Shown here one piece after another: positions 26,901 to 40,750 of a DNA stretch of 64,000 nucleotides. The stretch is taken from NCBI GenBank assembly GCA_028023455.1, contig JAQFVV010000002.1, forward strand, positions 3,100,001-3,164,000, in the 5' to 3' direction. The notes under the pieces are model-generated. The model was not told the origin of the DNA. It ran no database searches and worked only from the letters and a program-made list of their open reading frames with translations. How positions within the stretch are numbered: position 1 is the stretch's first letter; each line of letters starts with the position of its first letter. Position numbers and translations under genes: made by a program. This stretch comes from Epiperipatus broadwayi (taxonomy: Eukaryota > Animalia > Onychophora).

Positions 26901-27247
26901 AAACTGTTAAAAAACAAAAAGAATACTAGAGATAGTAATGATTGGGCTGATTGTCAAATCAAAATAAATTTTTATTATTATGAGTAAGAACTAAATATAA
27001 AAGCTGTAGAAAAACATGAAATAACAGTAAATCAAATAAAGATGACAAATGATAAAACAAATACATAAATGAAAAAATAAATTTGCAAGGGAAAAGGCCA
27101 AATAGAAGACAATACAAAACATTAAAATAAAAGCAGTGAATAAAATCATACATGAAAATAATGTAATAATGAAGTGTAAGAGAAAATTACAGCCCACAAA
27201 ATCTTTTATAATGTTAAAAAAAATCTAAAAGCTTTATATATTATAAG

Positions 27248-27330
27248 TCATCATCATCAATCATTATCAGTCCACTGCAGGATGAAGATCTCTTCAAGTT
27301 TAATCCATCTTCTCCGATCTTTAGCTTCTA
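27248..27330 (-). mobile_element. Short 3'-end copy of the RTE LINE at 1541-3000
   Basis: Minus strand gatcggagaagatggattaaacttgaagagatcttcatcctgcagtggactgataatgattgatgatgatga aligns with about 2920-3000, including the GAT tail. Confidence 0.8.
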
Positions 27331-27779
27331 TATTATAAGTATACACATATAAAACTACAACTAAACTTAAAATAATAAAAATGAAGACAGTAAGATTTAC
27401 TCTTCCTTTTTTTAAAAAAACTAAAAATGATAATTTAAATTAACAACTCCAAGTGTAATGCTTCCAACATTTTTAACAATATGAATGAAGAACACAAAGT
27501 TTAGTTTTGAATTAATTAGTAAAAAAGAAAAAAGTGTGGTGGTGGATATAATGTTTCATTTTCTCTTTTATTTTCTGTTTTACTCTTTAAACTATTTATA
27601 AACTTAGAATTTTAGTTATGTAAAGTATGTCAAATTTATCTTTATTGCTTAGTTATCTAAAATTTTTTTTCTTTTAAAAAAAATTTTTTTATTGATATAT
27701 ATTGTTTTTACTTTTTGATAATGGATTAATTAAATAATAAATTATAATAATATTTTATAAAGTTTTGTTTTTTATATGG

Positions 27780-27875
27780 TTAGAGTATGTTTGTTTTGGG
27801 TGGTTTTGGTTTAGTTTGATGGGGGGTGTTGTGGGGGTTTGGTGGAGTAGAAGAGGAGGTGAGGATGATAAGTTT

Positions 27876-27907
<32 letters not shown>

Positions 27908-28082
27908 CTTTTTAAATTTTTTTTTTTTTTTGTTGTGGGTTGTTTGGTGGGGGGGAGGGGGGGGAGGGGAGAGGAAGGGGGGGGGAGAGAGGGATGGGGG
28001 GGGGGGGGGGACGGGGGGTGGAGGGTGTTTGGGTTTTTTTGTTTTGGGTGGGGGGGGGAAGGTGGGTTGTGGGGGGTGGGGA
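27780..28082 (+). repeat. G/T-rich low-complexity block, probably low-quality assembly sequence
   Basis: Long T and G homopolymers, almost no C; abrupt switch from the AT-rich background. Confidence 0.7.
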
Positions 28083-29331
28083 AAAAAAAATAAATTGTCT
28101 CAGAATTATTTTGTGAAGTACATACAGTGTTTTACAGATTCAATGAAAGTAAAATTCAAATGTAGGTAGCCAAGTACATTGATATCATTACTATGGGTTA
28201 TAAGATAAAAAAAAATTCTAATTTTTTTTTAAATAAGTTTGCTAAATGTAAGCAAAATATAATGTTGTAGATATAAAATAATGTACTTATTTGATCATTA
28301 TTAAATATTTGAGCAGGACTTCTAATAATATAAATTTAATTGGTTCAACTTACTTCAAACATTTTATAAAAAAAATATTTTATTATGCATATATATATAC
28401 ACACACACAACCTGACATTTTGGCTGTCATGCAGTCTTCCTTAGAGCTATAATATAATGATAAATAAAATGAAAAAAGAATATATAAATATTATAATAAA
28501 CAAATGTAATTGAAAAATAAAAATAAATAACACAAAGTATAATAAAAGTAAAATAAATTAAATGTGCTAAATTAAAACCAATAAATTAACATAATCCAGA
28601 TAATATAAAATAAAATATATTACTAAATTGAAATATAAAATGTAGATTATACATGTATATTCCTGTCTTTATATGTATTCACAAACAAACATTAATTTAA
28701 ATATATTACTTCTTTCATTATTTTTTTATCTTTCTCTAATTATTACCATACCTCATGAATTATATCAATATAAAATTGTAATTTTATTATCCCACAAATT
28801 AATAAATTAATTATTATTTTATCTTTATATATATTTTTGTTTAACATTAATCCATTTATTAAAATTAAATTCTTTTTATTTTTAAATCATATGTAATATC
28901 TACTATTTTCTTATTTAATCTTTTATTATTAGTAGTTTTTCTTTATATTTACATTTTTATTTTACAACCATAAATCATAAATCTTATGTTTTTAAACCTA
29001 CCTAATACTATTTCAGTTCCTTAAAAATTTCCAAAAAAGAGTTTTTTTATTAATTTTAAATTCAATTGTATTATATCCTACATACCTCTATTATATATTA
29101 TTTAAATTAATCATATCTATAATCACATCTTTTTTCTTATTTGTGTCTTTTAACCTGATTTTATAAGAAAAATTTCTATAATAATTTAGCAATTTATTAA
29201 ATAATAATAGATCATTAGTAATAGAAGATTATAAATGATATGGATTAATAAGTTAAAGTACATATACATAAAAATATATAAAAAGATATAAATAAAAAGA
29301 AAAAATTGCTGTGATTATAGATATAACAGAT

Positions 29332-29542
29332 GCAAAACTCTACATACAGTAGTGTCACCCAGTTCAACCCAGGGTAATCAATGGATGCAAGAAGGTTTGT
29401 GCATAAAATCCCTATCTAGTGCCTACTCATCCAATATCCCCAGACTATTAGGCACTAGATATGGATTTTATGCACAAATCTTCTTGCATCCATTGATTAT
29501 CCTAGCTTGAACTGGGTGACATTACTGTATGGAGAGTTTTGC
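29332..29542. repeat. Fold-back: 94-bp arms, 23-nt loop
   Basis: 29332-29425 is the near reverse complement of 29449-29542. Confidence 0.93.
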
Positions 29543-29949
29543 CTCTATTTTAACAGCTTGTGTAAGCATAAAAAAGTGATCATGTGATGTTTAATGATTA
29601 TAGATATAGTTGGTTTATATAACAGAGGAAGCTAGAATATAATATAATTAAATTTTTAATTAATGTTAAACAAACATTTTTTTGGGGGAAATTTTTAAGG
29701 AACCGAGCTAGTATTATGTAGGTTAAAAAAGGTTTATAATATTTATGATTTATAGTCAAAAAATAAAAAAGTAAATATAAAAAAAATATTAATTTCAGAA
29801 GATTAAGTAAGAAAATAGTAGATATTATATATGATTTAAAAATAAAAAGAATTTAATTTTAATAAACCGATCAATGTTAAACAAAAATATATATATAAAG
29901 ATAAAACAATAAGTATTTTATTAATTTGAAGATAAGTAATATATAAAAG

Positions 29950-30565
29950 ACTATGAACCTAAAATGTGACAGAAGGGACCTCTACAAATCTAAACACAAG
30001 ATTAACGACTTTAAAAGACAAGAGTGGCCACTCTTATCTTCGACTTAATTTTTAAATATATAGTTGAAACTAAACAATTTTGATTTGAGAGAATGAAGCT
30101 ATTAAATACTTCACTGATTAAGTCCACAATTTCTATACAAATTAACATATGTGAAATCTTTTGATTTACAATGAATCTATAAGAAGTTTTTATAATTAGA
30201 AATCTTTTAAAACAATTTAAAGTTGTAATTAATAATTTGTAAAATGCATACTCATTATGTAAGTAATATATATTAAGTTATATATTAAGTAATATATATT
30301 ATGTTAGTTTGTATAGAAATTGTGGAATTAATCAGTGAAGTATTTATTAGCTTCATTCTCTCAAATCAAAATGTTTTAGATTTACCTATATATTTAGAAA
30401 TTAGGCCAAAAATAAGAGTGGCCTCTTGTCTGATAAAGTCGTTAATCTTGTGTTTAGATTTGTAGAGGTCCCTACTGTTGCATAGTCTTAAGGTTATAGC
30501 CTTAATATATATTATTTACGTAATGAGTATGCGCTTTACAAATTATTAATTACAACTTTAAATTT
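29950..30565. repeat. Double inverted repeat inserted in the right arm of the large palindrome
   Basis: 29970-30150 pairs with 30300-30480; 30213-30270 pairs with 30510-30565. Confidence 0.88.
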
Positions 30566-31615
30566 GGGGTAATAAAATTACAATTTTTTATTGATTCAAT
30601 TCATAAGAAAAATTAATAATTAGGGTATATTAAAAAATAACAAAAGAGATAATATGTTTAAATTAATGTTTGTTCATGAATACATATAGAGACAGGAATA
30701 TACATGTATAATCTATATTTATTTTATATTTCAGTTTAATGTTGTATATTTTATTTTATTTTAACTGGAACATTTTATTTATTGGTTTTAATTTAAAACA
30801 TTTAATTTATTTTATTTTGTATTTTTTATTTTTTAATTATATATGTTTATTACATATTATTTTATTTCATTTATCATTATATCACAGCTCTAGGAAAGGC
30901 TTTAGTACAATTGAAATGTCAGGTTATATGTGCATGTATCTGATGTATATAATTTTAAAAAAATTGTTATAAAGTGTTTGAAGTAAGTTGTACAAATTGT
31001 ACTTATATAAAATATTACAGAAAAACTAAAGGATAGATTAGTGACATTTGTAATGTGGTAAAATTATAATTATGAACTTCAAAACTAGAACAATAGCCAG
31101 CTAAAGATTAGCTATTGTTTATTTTGGAAATTTGTAATTTAGCATTATTTATTTTGATGTTTACTTTTATTTTTGCATGATTTCAGCAATACAGTTGCTA
31201 TGTGTGGTTTCTGTAGTGACAGAGTAGTTGATTCTGGAATTCACAGTACACAGTTTAAAGATCAATATTTGTCATCTTTAATGCTTGAACTTTAAGAACT
31301 TGTGAGGTAATAAACGATTTGATTATTTATTTATTATACTTTATTCACATTTATCAAAAACAATTAGTAAAAAAAAATATTTATTTCAATAAAACATAAC
31401 ATTAAAGTAGAATTTAAAACATAGGTTAATTCAACAAATTTTTACACTTTCAATAAATTTACCCAATATTTTATATATTATAAAAATTTAGTGTAGCAAT
31501 ATAAGAATTTTAGATGAAACATTATTTTCTGACTAAAGATTATTTCAGTTTATTAAATGTTTAGCATATAATTTTATAATGTACATTATAACTATAAATT
31601 TATAAAAAAGAGATA

Positions 31616-31755
31616 TATTTGGCTAAAAACATTTCCCATTTATTTATACTTATACTGCATTTGATAACAGACAGAGCCCCAAATCTATTTGGCTAAAAAC
31701 ATTTCTCATTTATTTATACTTATACTGCATTTGATAACAGACAGAGCCCCAAATC
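31616..31755. repeat. Tandem duplication, 70-bp unit x2
   Basis: tatttggctaaaaacattt(c/t)catt...gagccccaaatc repeated with one mismatch. Confidence 0.95.
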
Positions 31756-33449
31756 TCAAGATTTATGATAAATTGTTTTAAATTTTAATTCTTTAATCAA
31801 CTATAAAAATGGTAAAATGTTATAAATAATCTACTGCATATCAAAGATCTTTTCAGGAGTCCTTCACTACAAAAGAAGAAAATAAGCTCCAAATCAGTCA
31901 AATATCAAATAGTGAAAATTTTTAGCCATATTCCTTTTATATTTTATCATTTATTGATTGCCATCTTGATATCTACCTATATTAGCTATGGATTATCTTT
32001 CTCAAAAAAATTGGAAGCTTGATTGGAACTCTGACTTTTTGAGAAACATTTCCAAATTTTATCTCCATTCATAGCATGGCAAGTTCATCAAGTAATTATA
32101 TTATCAAGGAGTGTTACTAAACTATATATTACAACAGTTATAAAAATAGCCATGCTATATAAATTTATCATAAGTTTATATATGTTGGTTAACTTTTCCT
32201 ATAAAATTGTAATTGATATAAATGCTAGAAATACTGAGTACCGAAATGCTTAAAATAAAAGTTATACTATATTATGCTGAACAGCTTTTGATATCTTAAT
32301 ATTGATATATTCAAAACAATGACTAATGCATGAGAGGGTTATGGGTAAAAGATATAATGTAAATTTTATGTAAATATATACAAATGAGTTATATAGTCCA
32401 CTTTTAAGAGTGGAGAAAACAGGATTATTTTTAATTTATTCAGTTAACATTGTTAGCAAGTGCCAAGACTCCTTTATCTTCTGTTTAGAATCATTCCTTT
32501 CTACATATACAACACTAGCTGATGTAGATTTGAATGTGTGACTGAGTTTGGTTTCATGCTCACAAAAACAAACTCAGCACACATTTGAGTCTATATCAAC
32601 TAGCATTATGTGTACAGAAAGAAATGACTCTAAACACAAGATAAAAAAATCTTGAAATATCACAAACAATGTTAACTTAATAAATAAAAATGAATCCTGT
32701 TTCCTCATCTCTAAAAAGTGGGTAATATAACTCATTGTATATATTTACATAAAATTTATATTGGATCTTTTAATTACAACCTCTCATCTAGTCATTGCTA
32801 TGAATATGATTTCAGAATTAAGATATTGAAAGCTGCCCAGCATAATATAATAAAATGTTTATTTTAAGCTTTTCTTATTCTGCATTCCTTGTGCTTATAT
32901 CAATTATCATAAGTTTAATAAAACAACCAAGATCATAAGATAGGTTTTACAATTTTTTTAAAAAAAAGATCTAGATGAAAATTTTGAAAAGACTAACACA
33001 TATGCAAACATCAAGATATAGTCAAGGCTTTTGTAATGAAGTAAAAAACAAACTAGCATTGGCTTACTAGAAATGTCATTTTATATTATTGTTTTTAAAG
33101 ATAGTATTCTTTTAAAGATATATTTAAGTAATATATTCACATGCATATATATATGTTGTACTATTGGGGTATATATCACCAATATTAATCAAAGTACATA
33201 CTATGAAACTTTTTTTATCTATACAAATCCCTAATTAGCAAAATATCTAATAGATGTCTCTCCAATTTCCACATTACTTCATCTCTACCTTATTAGGTAT
33301 TAAGAATATATTTTGATAGTCATAAAGATAAAAATATAAAATAATGACCTCATAAAATTGATATCTTTTTAAAGGAAAATGCACTATCTGTTTAATAATA
33401 TTACTTCAAATGTTATTGAAATTTTAGGAGGCACACATTTTTATAATAA

Positions 33450-33780
33450 AAGTTATTAATTAATTCATTATTTCTAATGATAAAAAAAAAAACGTTGACT
33501 TCTTGTTTCTTCATTTACAATAAGATTTTCTGAGTTTACATTTATTTATTTTAATTTCAAAATAAAATCATTTATGAATTAATCCTTTAATTTTGATTAG
33601 AGATTTTAACAATCATCATTTTCATTAAAGAAAGTCTGAGTTTTACTTTTAATAAATGAAACTGGAAATGGTCATTTATTATTTTCTTATATTAATCCAG
33701 ATTTAATTGAATAATTTAATCAAAATTATTTACCTTTAAAACCAGATGATATATATAAGTACTTTATATTGAAGCAGAAT
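33450..33780 (+). repeat. Left piece of a duplicated block homologous to 39700-40110
   Basis: cttcttgtttctt(c/a)atttacaataagattttctgagttt and downstream sequence shared. Confidence 0.8.
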
Positions 33781-35617
33781 ATTTATTCTGTCATATCTGT
33801 TACACCTAATTAAATTCTACAACCCACTCTTTGCCAGGTTTAAACCTTAAAAGTATCTCAAAAGATATCTATATGGATGTATGGGTATGATTGTGTATAT
33901 ATATCTACATGCCAATGTATGTAATCTAACTACCATATATATAGATTATAGTAATATCTTTATTAAAAGTAATGTATAATTTAACGCACAATTTAATTCA
34001 ATTTATATCTCAATTTGCTTAAATCGCATTTATATATGTATATTATATGTATCACCATCATAATATTTTATTAATTACTATAGTTTTTAAATGTTATTTC
34101 TAAAATGATCTGTAAAATAAAATCAATTAATGTTAAAAATATTAAAACAATAGATGTTTGTCAGAACATATTTTATCACTAAGATAAACATTTAACCAAC
34201 TTTGTAAATCCCTGAAATCTTACTTGAAATTAAAAGGTAAAATTTTTAAAAACATCCTGTTCAAGAAATATACCAAAGACTGGAGTTATTTTGGTCCTTA
34301 TAATTATAGAACTTATATATGATAATGTTTTGTTTTGCTGAAGGAAAATTTGTTATTAAAAATGTAATTTAATGAAAGGCAAATATAAATAAGCCACCTT
34401 TTCCTATATGAAATGTACACTGCTAAATTACACCAGTTTAATTTTTAATATGACTGAGTATAACAGGTGGGTGTTGCTGTTCTCCAGTCCTGGATAATGG
34501 TGATCTCCACCTCCATCTCACATGCTGAAGTCACTCAGCCACTGTAGCGATGGAAGATCTTCCTGTAACAAACCTTCTATGCTGATGTTTCAACTGGAGA
34601 GATGCTGCCTATCCTAAGAACAATTATTGCTGCTGTACCTGCTACTAAAAGATGATGATGCCAACAGACAAGCTTCCACCAAAGAGTCAAAGGTAGAAGA
34701 CCTAAGAATACTGCAAAGAGCTCTAAATAAACTTTAACTATTAAATCTAAAGCTATAGCTACTATATAAATCTAACTGAACATTCAAAGTCAATTTTAAT
34801 CTCCAAAATCTTTTGTCTAAGTAAATTGTACCATCACCAATTAATCCTTATCTTATTCTCTGTAAATTTTAAATCTATAAAATCTCTAATGTTGCATAAG
34901 CTAAAATATAAAATTAATGATCATATTATTAATTGAACTCTATCTTTTGCTTTCGTGCTTGTGGTGATGCCTATACGGTTTTCTAAATTTTAGTTATTAA
35001 GATTTTACTTTCTTGTATATGTGATAATGTGCCAATGTCACTCAAAACAACAAGCATATTAATTATAATAAGTTTGTGCCGATGACTTTATTTCTATCTT
35101 CAATCTAATAAATATAGAATAACACTTAGTTATCCTAAACCAATTTGCTGTTTCAAAATTAGATTAATTATTAATAATATTTTATCACCTTGCGATCATT
35201 ATAATAATCCAAATTGATTTTAAATTTGGTCTTTAAATAGTTATTCTGGTTTGCCATTACTATGGTTATAAAATCTGATTTCTAAAAGTTATATTATCTA
35301 ATAAGGGAATTCTGGCCATGGATATATATTATGAAGGTATATTTCACAATTAATTATAACCCCTTAAAATATACCTCCACCCATCCACTATTAAGATCTG
35401 ATTGATGATGCAGATCAATTATTAGGGGGGATTATTTGTTTATTCATTCTGTCCCTTTGATAATTGCATTAATTTTAAATGCTTAATTTTTGAATTGACT
35501 TGTCTTAGCAGCACAGAGATTTGCTAACCATTTAAAGACAAACATAATTAATTTTAGTATAATTGTTATATAATCTTTGTGCATTGCAGATGTGAATTTA
35601 TGATATATATATATATA

Positions 35618-36500
35618 CCTTTAACCCCCTTAGTGATGGCAGTTGGTTCTCCAGAACTTATCGTTAAGTAAGAATATTGATACAGAATACGTATTTATAA
35701 TGGGGGTCTATGGGAAAAAAATTGATCGGTTCCTAAAGCTAAAAAATTACACTAACTTGGGAATAAAGTACATATTAAAAAAAAAAAAATGATCGAATGC
35801 AGTGTACGTGTAAACTATGCAGTATCTAAAAAGAAAAGTTTTATATCACTAGGGGGAAAAATGCTTATTTTCTCTGTTTAAAAAGTACAGTACAGCAAAA
35901 AGAAAGTGAAACTAAATTTTAATTTAAGTTTTTATATTCTTCCACAGAAGTTTTTCATCATAATGAAAAAAAAATCCATACAGAAGTGCATTCAAAAAAA
36001 AATTCACTTTATTCTAGCTTCATTATCTGTGCAAATAGTGCATATATATATATTAGTACATATTGCTGTACATTTATGTTTATTACTTATGTGAAATTAT
36101 TAAAATTAAAAAACAATGTTTAATTATAAATTATTTAATTGAACATAAAGACTTATTACTGTACACCAGAGTAACAAAACGTGTATGTGTATGTAATCTG
36201 TCAACTTTAGAAAAAAAATTCAACTTATTTTAAAAGAAAAAAAAATCTACCTGTACTAATTTTCTAAAACATATGCTAAGTTTATTTGTCTTTTCTTTTA
36301 TATTTGCTATAAGTCTATTGTTTTTTGGGTAAAAGGACTTTAAAATATCTATTCTGTGACATTATCAGTGAGGCAAAAAAAAATTTTCCAGATCGTTATA
36401 GTAAATAATCGATTGTAAATCAAAGTAGTACGTTCAAATTGATGATGATTGCTATTGTGAAATATCGCTAAGTAACCAATCGTTAAGTGAGGTCTAGGTG
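35618..36500. mobile_element. Non-autonomous pogo/Tigger-like (Tc1/mariner superfamily) element
   Basis: Degenerate inverted ends (acccccttagtgatgg / ccaatcgttaagtgaggtctaggtg), both flanked by TA runs; internal ATCGTTAAGT repeats and gtacagtacag tracts typical of Tigger-like MITEs. Confidence 0.55.
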
Positions 36501-37699
36501 TATATATATATTAGATAGATAGATATATTCCTGTCTTGATAATTCTCACAGGCCAATGACAGAGACTGTCCCATTTATTGGCTGCCTGCATAACAGTAGA
36601 CACAGCTCACACTCAGTGGCCAAGTTGTTTGGGTAAGGGCACCAAATATGCCAGTGGTGTAAGGACCTAGGGCCTTTGAGTAGCCTATTCAATCTCCAAA
36701 CTTCCTATGTTTAATTACTCAATTTATTAGAAAGCTCCTCAGTTTTAAACAGACGGACCACACATCTTATATGTGGAAATAATTGCTCATCCATGCTGCT
36801 AGCTGGAATAAAGTTTAGTAATATGCCTATAGTGAAGCGTATGTAATGCTAATTTAGTTTGTTCTCCCCTTGTGTAGTATATATATATTCTTGAATTTAT
36901 CTGAAACCATGAGAATCTCTTATATAATAAGTTGTAATGTGCTTCATTTATTGGGGTTAATAATTGCACTTGAACTTTAAATTATTTATCACCAATAGTA
37001 ATGCTGTAGCATATAGTATATATCTCCAGTTATCATCGTAACACCATCATTTGGAAAATTATGATAAAGAAGTAAATATTATTTGGCATATTAAATTATC
37101 ATGGGCATCAACTATTCATTAAATACAAAAGTTATTGGATACACTTGATCTAGATCACCATCATTGTATTACTTTCAATGAACCTTATTTCATTGTATAA
37201 CATCTGATAGCATTAAATTAGTTGTATTTTGATTTCTAACTGTGTGAAACCTATTTTATTTTATGTTCATTGTTGTTAACTATAATAAACTTATTTAAAT
37301 TTACTTCATCTCCATTATCTTATTAGCCGTATTCCAATCCAATTAAATTATTGATTAAATATATTTAATATATGTTGTAATTAAAATATTTAAATTTACT
37401 TCATCTCCATTATCTTATTGATAGTCAATTAACTCATTTATTGTTGCGTTTGTAATCAGATTTAGAGTCTCATTTCTTTCCCTGTTTGGAGAAGGGTTGC
37501 AGTTTAAAATAGGACCTGCATGTAACATCAGGAATGTTATTCATAGGGTGTTAAACCATGGAGCACTGATAAATAGGTTGAATCTTGATTGGACCTGGGA
37601 CCTTATATCCCATTTCAATCAGGTTTAGTATATTTTGCATGGACTCTGAGTTTTGTTATGTGAATGTACAATTCTGATAATGACAATATACATGACACA

Positions 37700-38340
37700 G
37701 TACCTTTGTTCTTCTTTGCATATTGGTATAATAGCATATATAGCATGGAAATATATTAATAAGCTGTTCCCTTCTAAAACCAAACTAGATTATTTTCATC
37801 TTTAGGAAAATATAATCCAGTTGCTGTTGGCCTGCAATGAGCTCCTTTCAGTCTCTATGCTATCTAATACACTTATATAGGCTATAAAACACATAAAACC
37901 TGGGACTTTCTTCCATGTAAATCCAAACTCTACCATTGTGAACTAACAGTGTCTGGATACACTGTTTCTTGCCTTCAATTATAACTTCATAGTCATCATG
38001 CTGTCATAATATGCTCTGTAATATTTTTTCCCAACCTTTCTATAGTCAGGATGGAATTTTTAAAAAAAACAGTAATTAAAAGTAAGAATTCTTCATCTTG
38101 ATTGACAAAAGTTAATGACACTTTTCAATTCACTTTAATCCTTTCAAAAACAACTTTGTAGAATTTTTATCAAAATATATTATACAAGCTTTAATGAAAA
38201 AAATTTCTTCAATCAAAATAGATAATAGAATTTTATAATTACCAGTAGATGTTCTGGAACATAAAAACATGCTTGTTTTAATTTCAAAATCAAAATTAAT
38301 AAAATATCAATTTGACCTTTTTAAATGCTTAATTTATAAG
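37700..38340 (+). repeat. Right piece of duplicated block homologous to 40110-40750
   Basis: About 640 bp colinear similarity (e.g. gattgacaaaagttaatgac, cctttcaaaaacaactttgta, ctggatacactgtttctt shared). Confidence 0.88.
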
Positions 38341-39699
38341 ATAGACCAGACCCCAAAGTTGCATGAAAGTGTTGTATCCTCAAGCCAATGACAAACAACT
38401 CCATCCATCATCAAAACTGAAAGTATATCTAAACAAACTCCAACAGCCAAAAACCTAATCCAATCTCCAAAATCACAAATTTTCTATTCACCTCTAAATA
38501 TGAACTCCATAAATATACATTAACACTACTATTTTATTATTTATAATCATCAATACTCTTATCATATATTTCACAGTAATACTTTAAAATAAATTCTGCA
38601 TAATATGCAGTTTTTTCTTTCTCAGGTCTGGTTATATTTGAGATCAAGTTGGGTGGCAATTTTGTAGTAATGGCATCCAATACTACCTAATAATCATGAG
38701 CTCTGTGTTAGATGCCATTTATCATAGTACAATATCTTCATGTGAAACTAGGGTAATGGAAATCATCATCATCAACAACCCAAAGTCAAAATATAATATT
38801 GAAATATAAAATGGATTGCAATGAGCATAAGAGATCAGCAAAAACACAAGAAATATAAGTTTACCAGCAATACACAAAAGGAATAATCATTCATCATTAC
38901 AAATAATCAATAATCAATCTTGTGACTGGACCTAAAATGAATCTACTATAGACCAGGCTAATTTTTTAGTCCTTGCCAAACTTAGGGCAGTAATACAATG
39001 TAACAATTTGAATGCACAAACTTAAGAGCCAGTCCATAAGAATATCCCAATTAAAAAATAATGCTGGGATATTAAAATATGCTAATCATCACCAATGCTC
39101 TGGTCATTTAGTACCCTTAATGTACTAGCCAACTATAAACTTAATTTCTAAATAAATAATTAAATTGAAATGTATTGCATAGACATTAAATAATACCCCC
39201 TTTGTGCCATCCAGCAGTAAAGAGGTAATGAAATCTTCATCAAGTGGATATCCATAAACACTAAACATAAGCCCCTTTTGCATGAATCCAGTTCAGTCAC
39301 CAATTCTATAACTGTTACTGTAAGCAAGAGATATAATACAAACATATAATATTCTAAAACTATTTTATGATTGAGTAAATTCACTGGAATAACTTTAACA
39401 ATTTAATATCAATTTATTAATAACAATTAAATTAAAATGAAATTAGGGTTGGTAGAATACAGCTATAAATATAAATTAAGCCATCTGAGTTTGATTAATA
39501 CAAAGAGAAATCCACTATTACATTTGAATTTTATATATATATAGGTTTACATAAAACACATATATTAGCATACAGATGTTTTTATATAAAAATGAACATA
39601 TTTGAATTGTTATACACTTATAAAAAATTCAATTTGTTTTTAATAATACATAAGTACACAAGTATGAGTGTATATATAAAAAAATAAATAGTATAAACC

Positions 39700-40750
39700 C
39701 ACGTTATTAATTTATTTATTATTTTTAATGGCAAAAAAAAGTTGTTGTTTTTTTTAAAAAAAAAAATTATCATAAGATTCACTTTGGAAAGTTCTTTTCT
39801 TAAAAACCTTTTGGCTTCTTGTTTCTTAATTTACAATAAGATTTTCTGAGTTTATTCTTTTTTTTAATTTCAAAGTAAAATCATTCAACAAATCAATCCT
39901 TTGTTTTTAGAAATTGTTTTACTTTTAAATTAGAGATTTTAACAGTAATCATTTTCATTAAAAAGTCTCTGAGTTTCACTTTTAATAAATAAAATTGAAA
40001 AGGATAATTTATTATTTTCTTTCATTATTCTAATTTTAGATGAATAATTTAGTCAAAAATTATTTATTTTTAAAGCTAGTTAATATCTATAAGTCCTTTA
40101 TATATTTGATGCAGTCTTTTGTCTATGCTTCTTTGTATATTGATAAAATTGTGTATATAGCATGGTAATCTCTTGTTAAGCTAGTCCCTTCTAAAACCAT
40201 AGACTGGCTTATTATCATTTTTGGGAAAGATATAATCTGGTAACTATTGTCCTGAAGTGAGTTCCCTTCCATCTCTATACCATCTAATATACACACATAT
40301 ATGGGTTATGAACCACATAAAAGCAGGATCTTTCTTCCATATAAATCAAACTCTACTGTTGGAACTAGCCATGACTGGATACACTGTTTCTTACCTTCAG
40401 TTATGACTTCATAGTCATCAAGCTGTCATGATGTGTTATAATCTAATATTTTTCCCAACCTTTGTATAATCAGGATGGAATATAAAAACACAGTAATTAA
40501 AAGTAGGATTTCTTCATTTTGATTGACAAAAGTTAATGACTCTTTTCAATTCAGCTTAATCCTTTCAAAAACAACTTTGTAAGATTTTTATCAAAATATG
40601 TTATACATGCTTTAATTAAAAAAATTATTAATCAAAATAGATAGTGAATTTTTATAAAAGCAGTATATCTATTGTAATATAAAAACATGCTTGTTTTAAT
40701 TTCAAAATCAGAAATAAAATATTTATTAGACCTTTTTAAATGTTTAATAT
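39700..40750 (+). repeat. Uninterrupted copy of the block split at 33450-33780 and 37700-38340
   Basis: Colinear homology to both pieces. Confidence 0.85.

Larger units (their letters stand above)
28325..31010. repeat. ~2.7-kb nested inverted repeat; arms are probably PLE 3' region with degenerate hammerhead-like motifs at 28411-28448(-) and 30886-30923(+)
   Basis: 28325-28800 pairs with about 30560-31010, and 28790-29105 pairs with about 29600-29935; the right arm is interrupted by 29940-30560. Confidence 0.85.

Noticed and set aside
27765-28169. 134-aa Gly/Phe-rich ORF
   Set aside because: Produced by G and T homopolymers in a low-complexity, probably erroneous block.
30010-30440. Further hammerhead-like half motif (GAA-x-ATAAGAG-TGGC-CTCTTGT-C) in the inner inverted repeat
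   Set aside because: Helix III and GUC are present, but no recognisable NUGANNA core or stem II upstream.
34470-34720. GC-richer island inside the 3.9-kb insertion block
   Set aside because: Probably a TE fragment, but no motif or open frame I can identify.
39160-39384. 74-aa ORF / possible GPCR exon in a GC-richer patch
   Set aside because: No frame resembles the receptor, and the flanking exons already join in frame without it.
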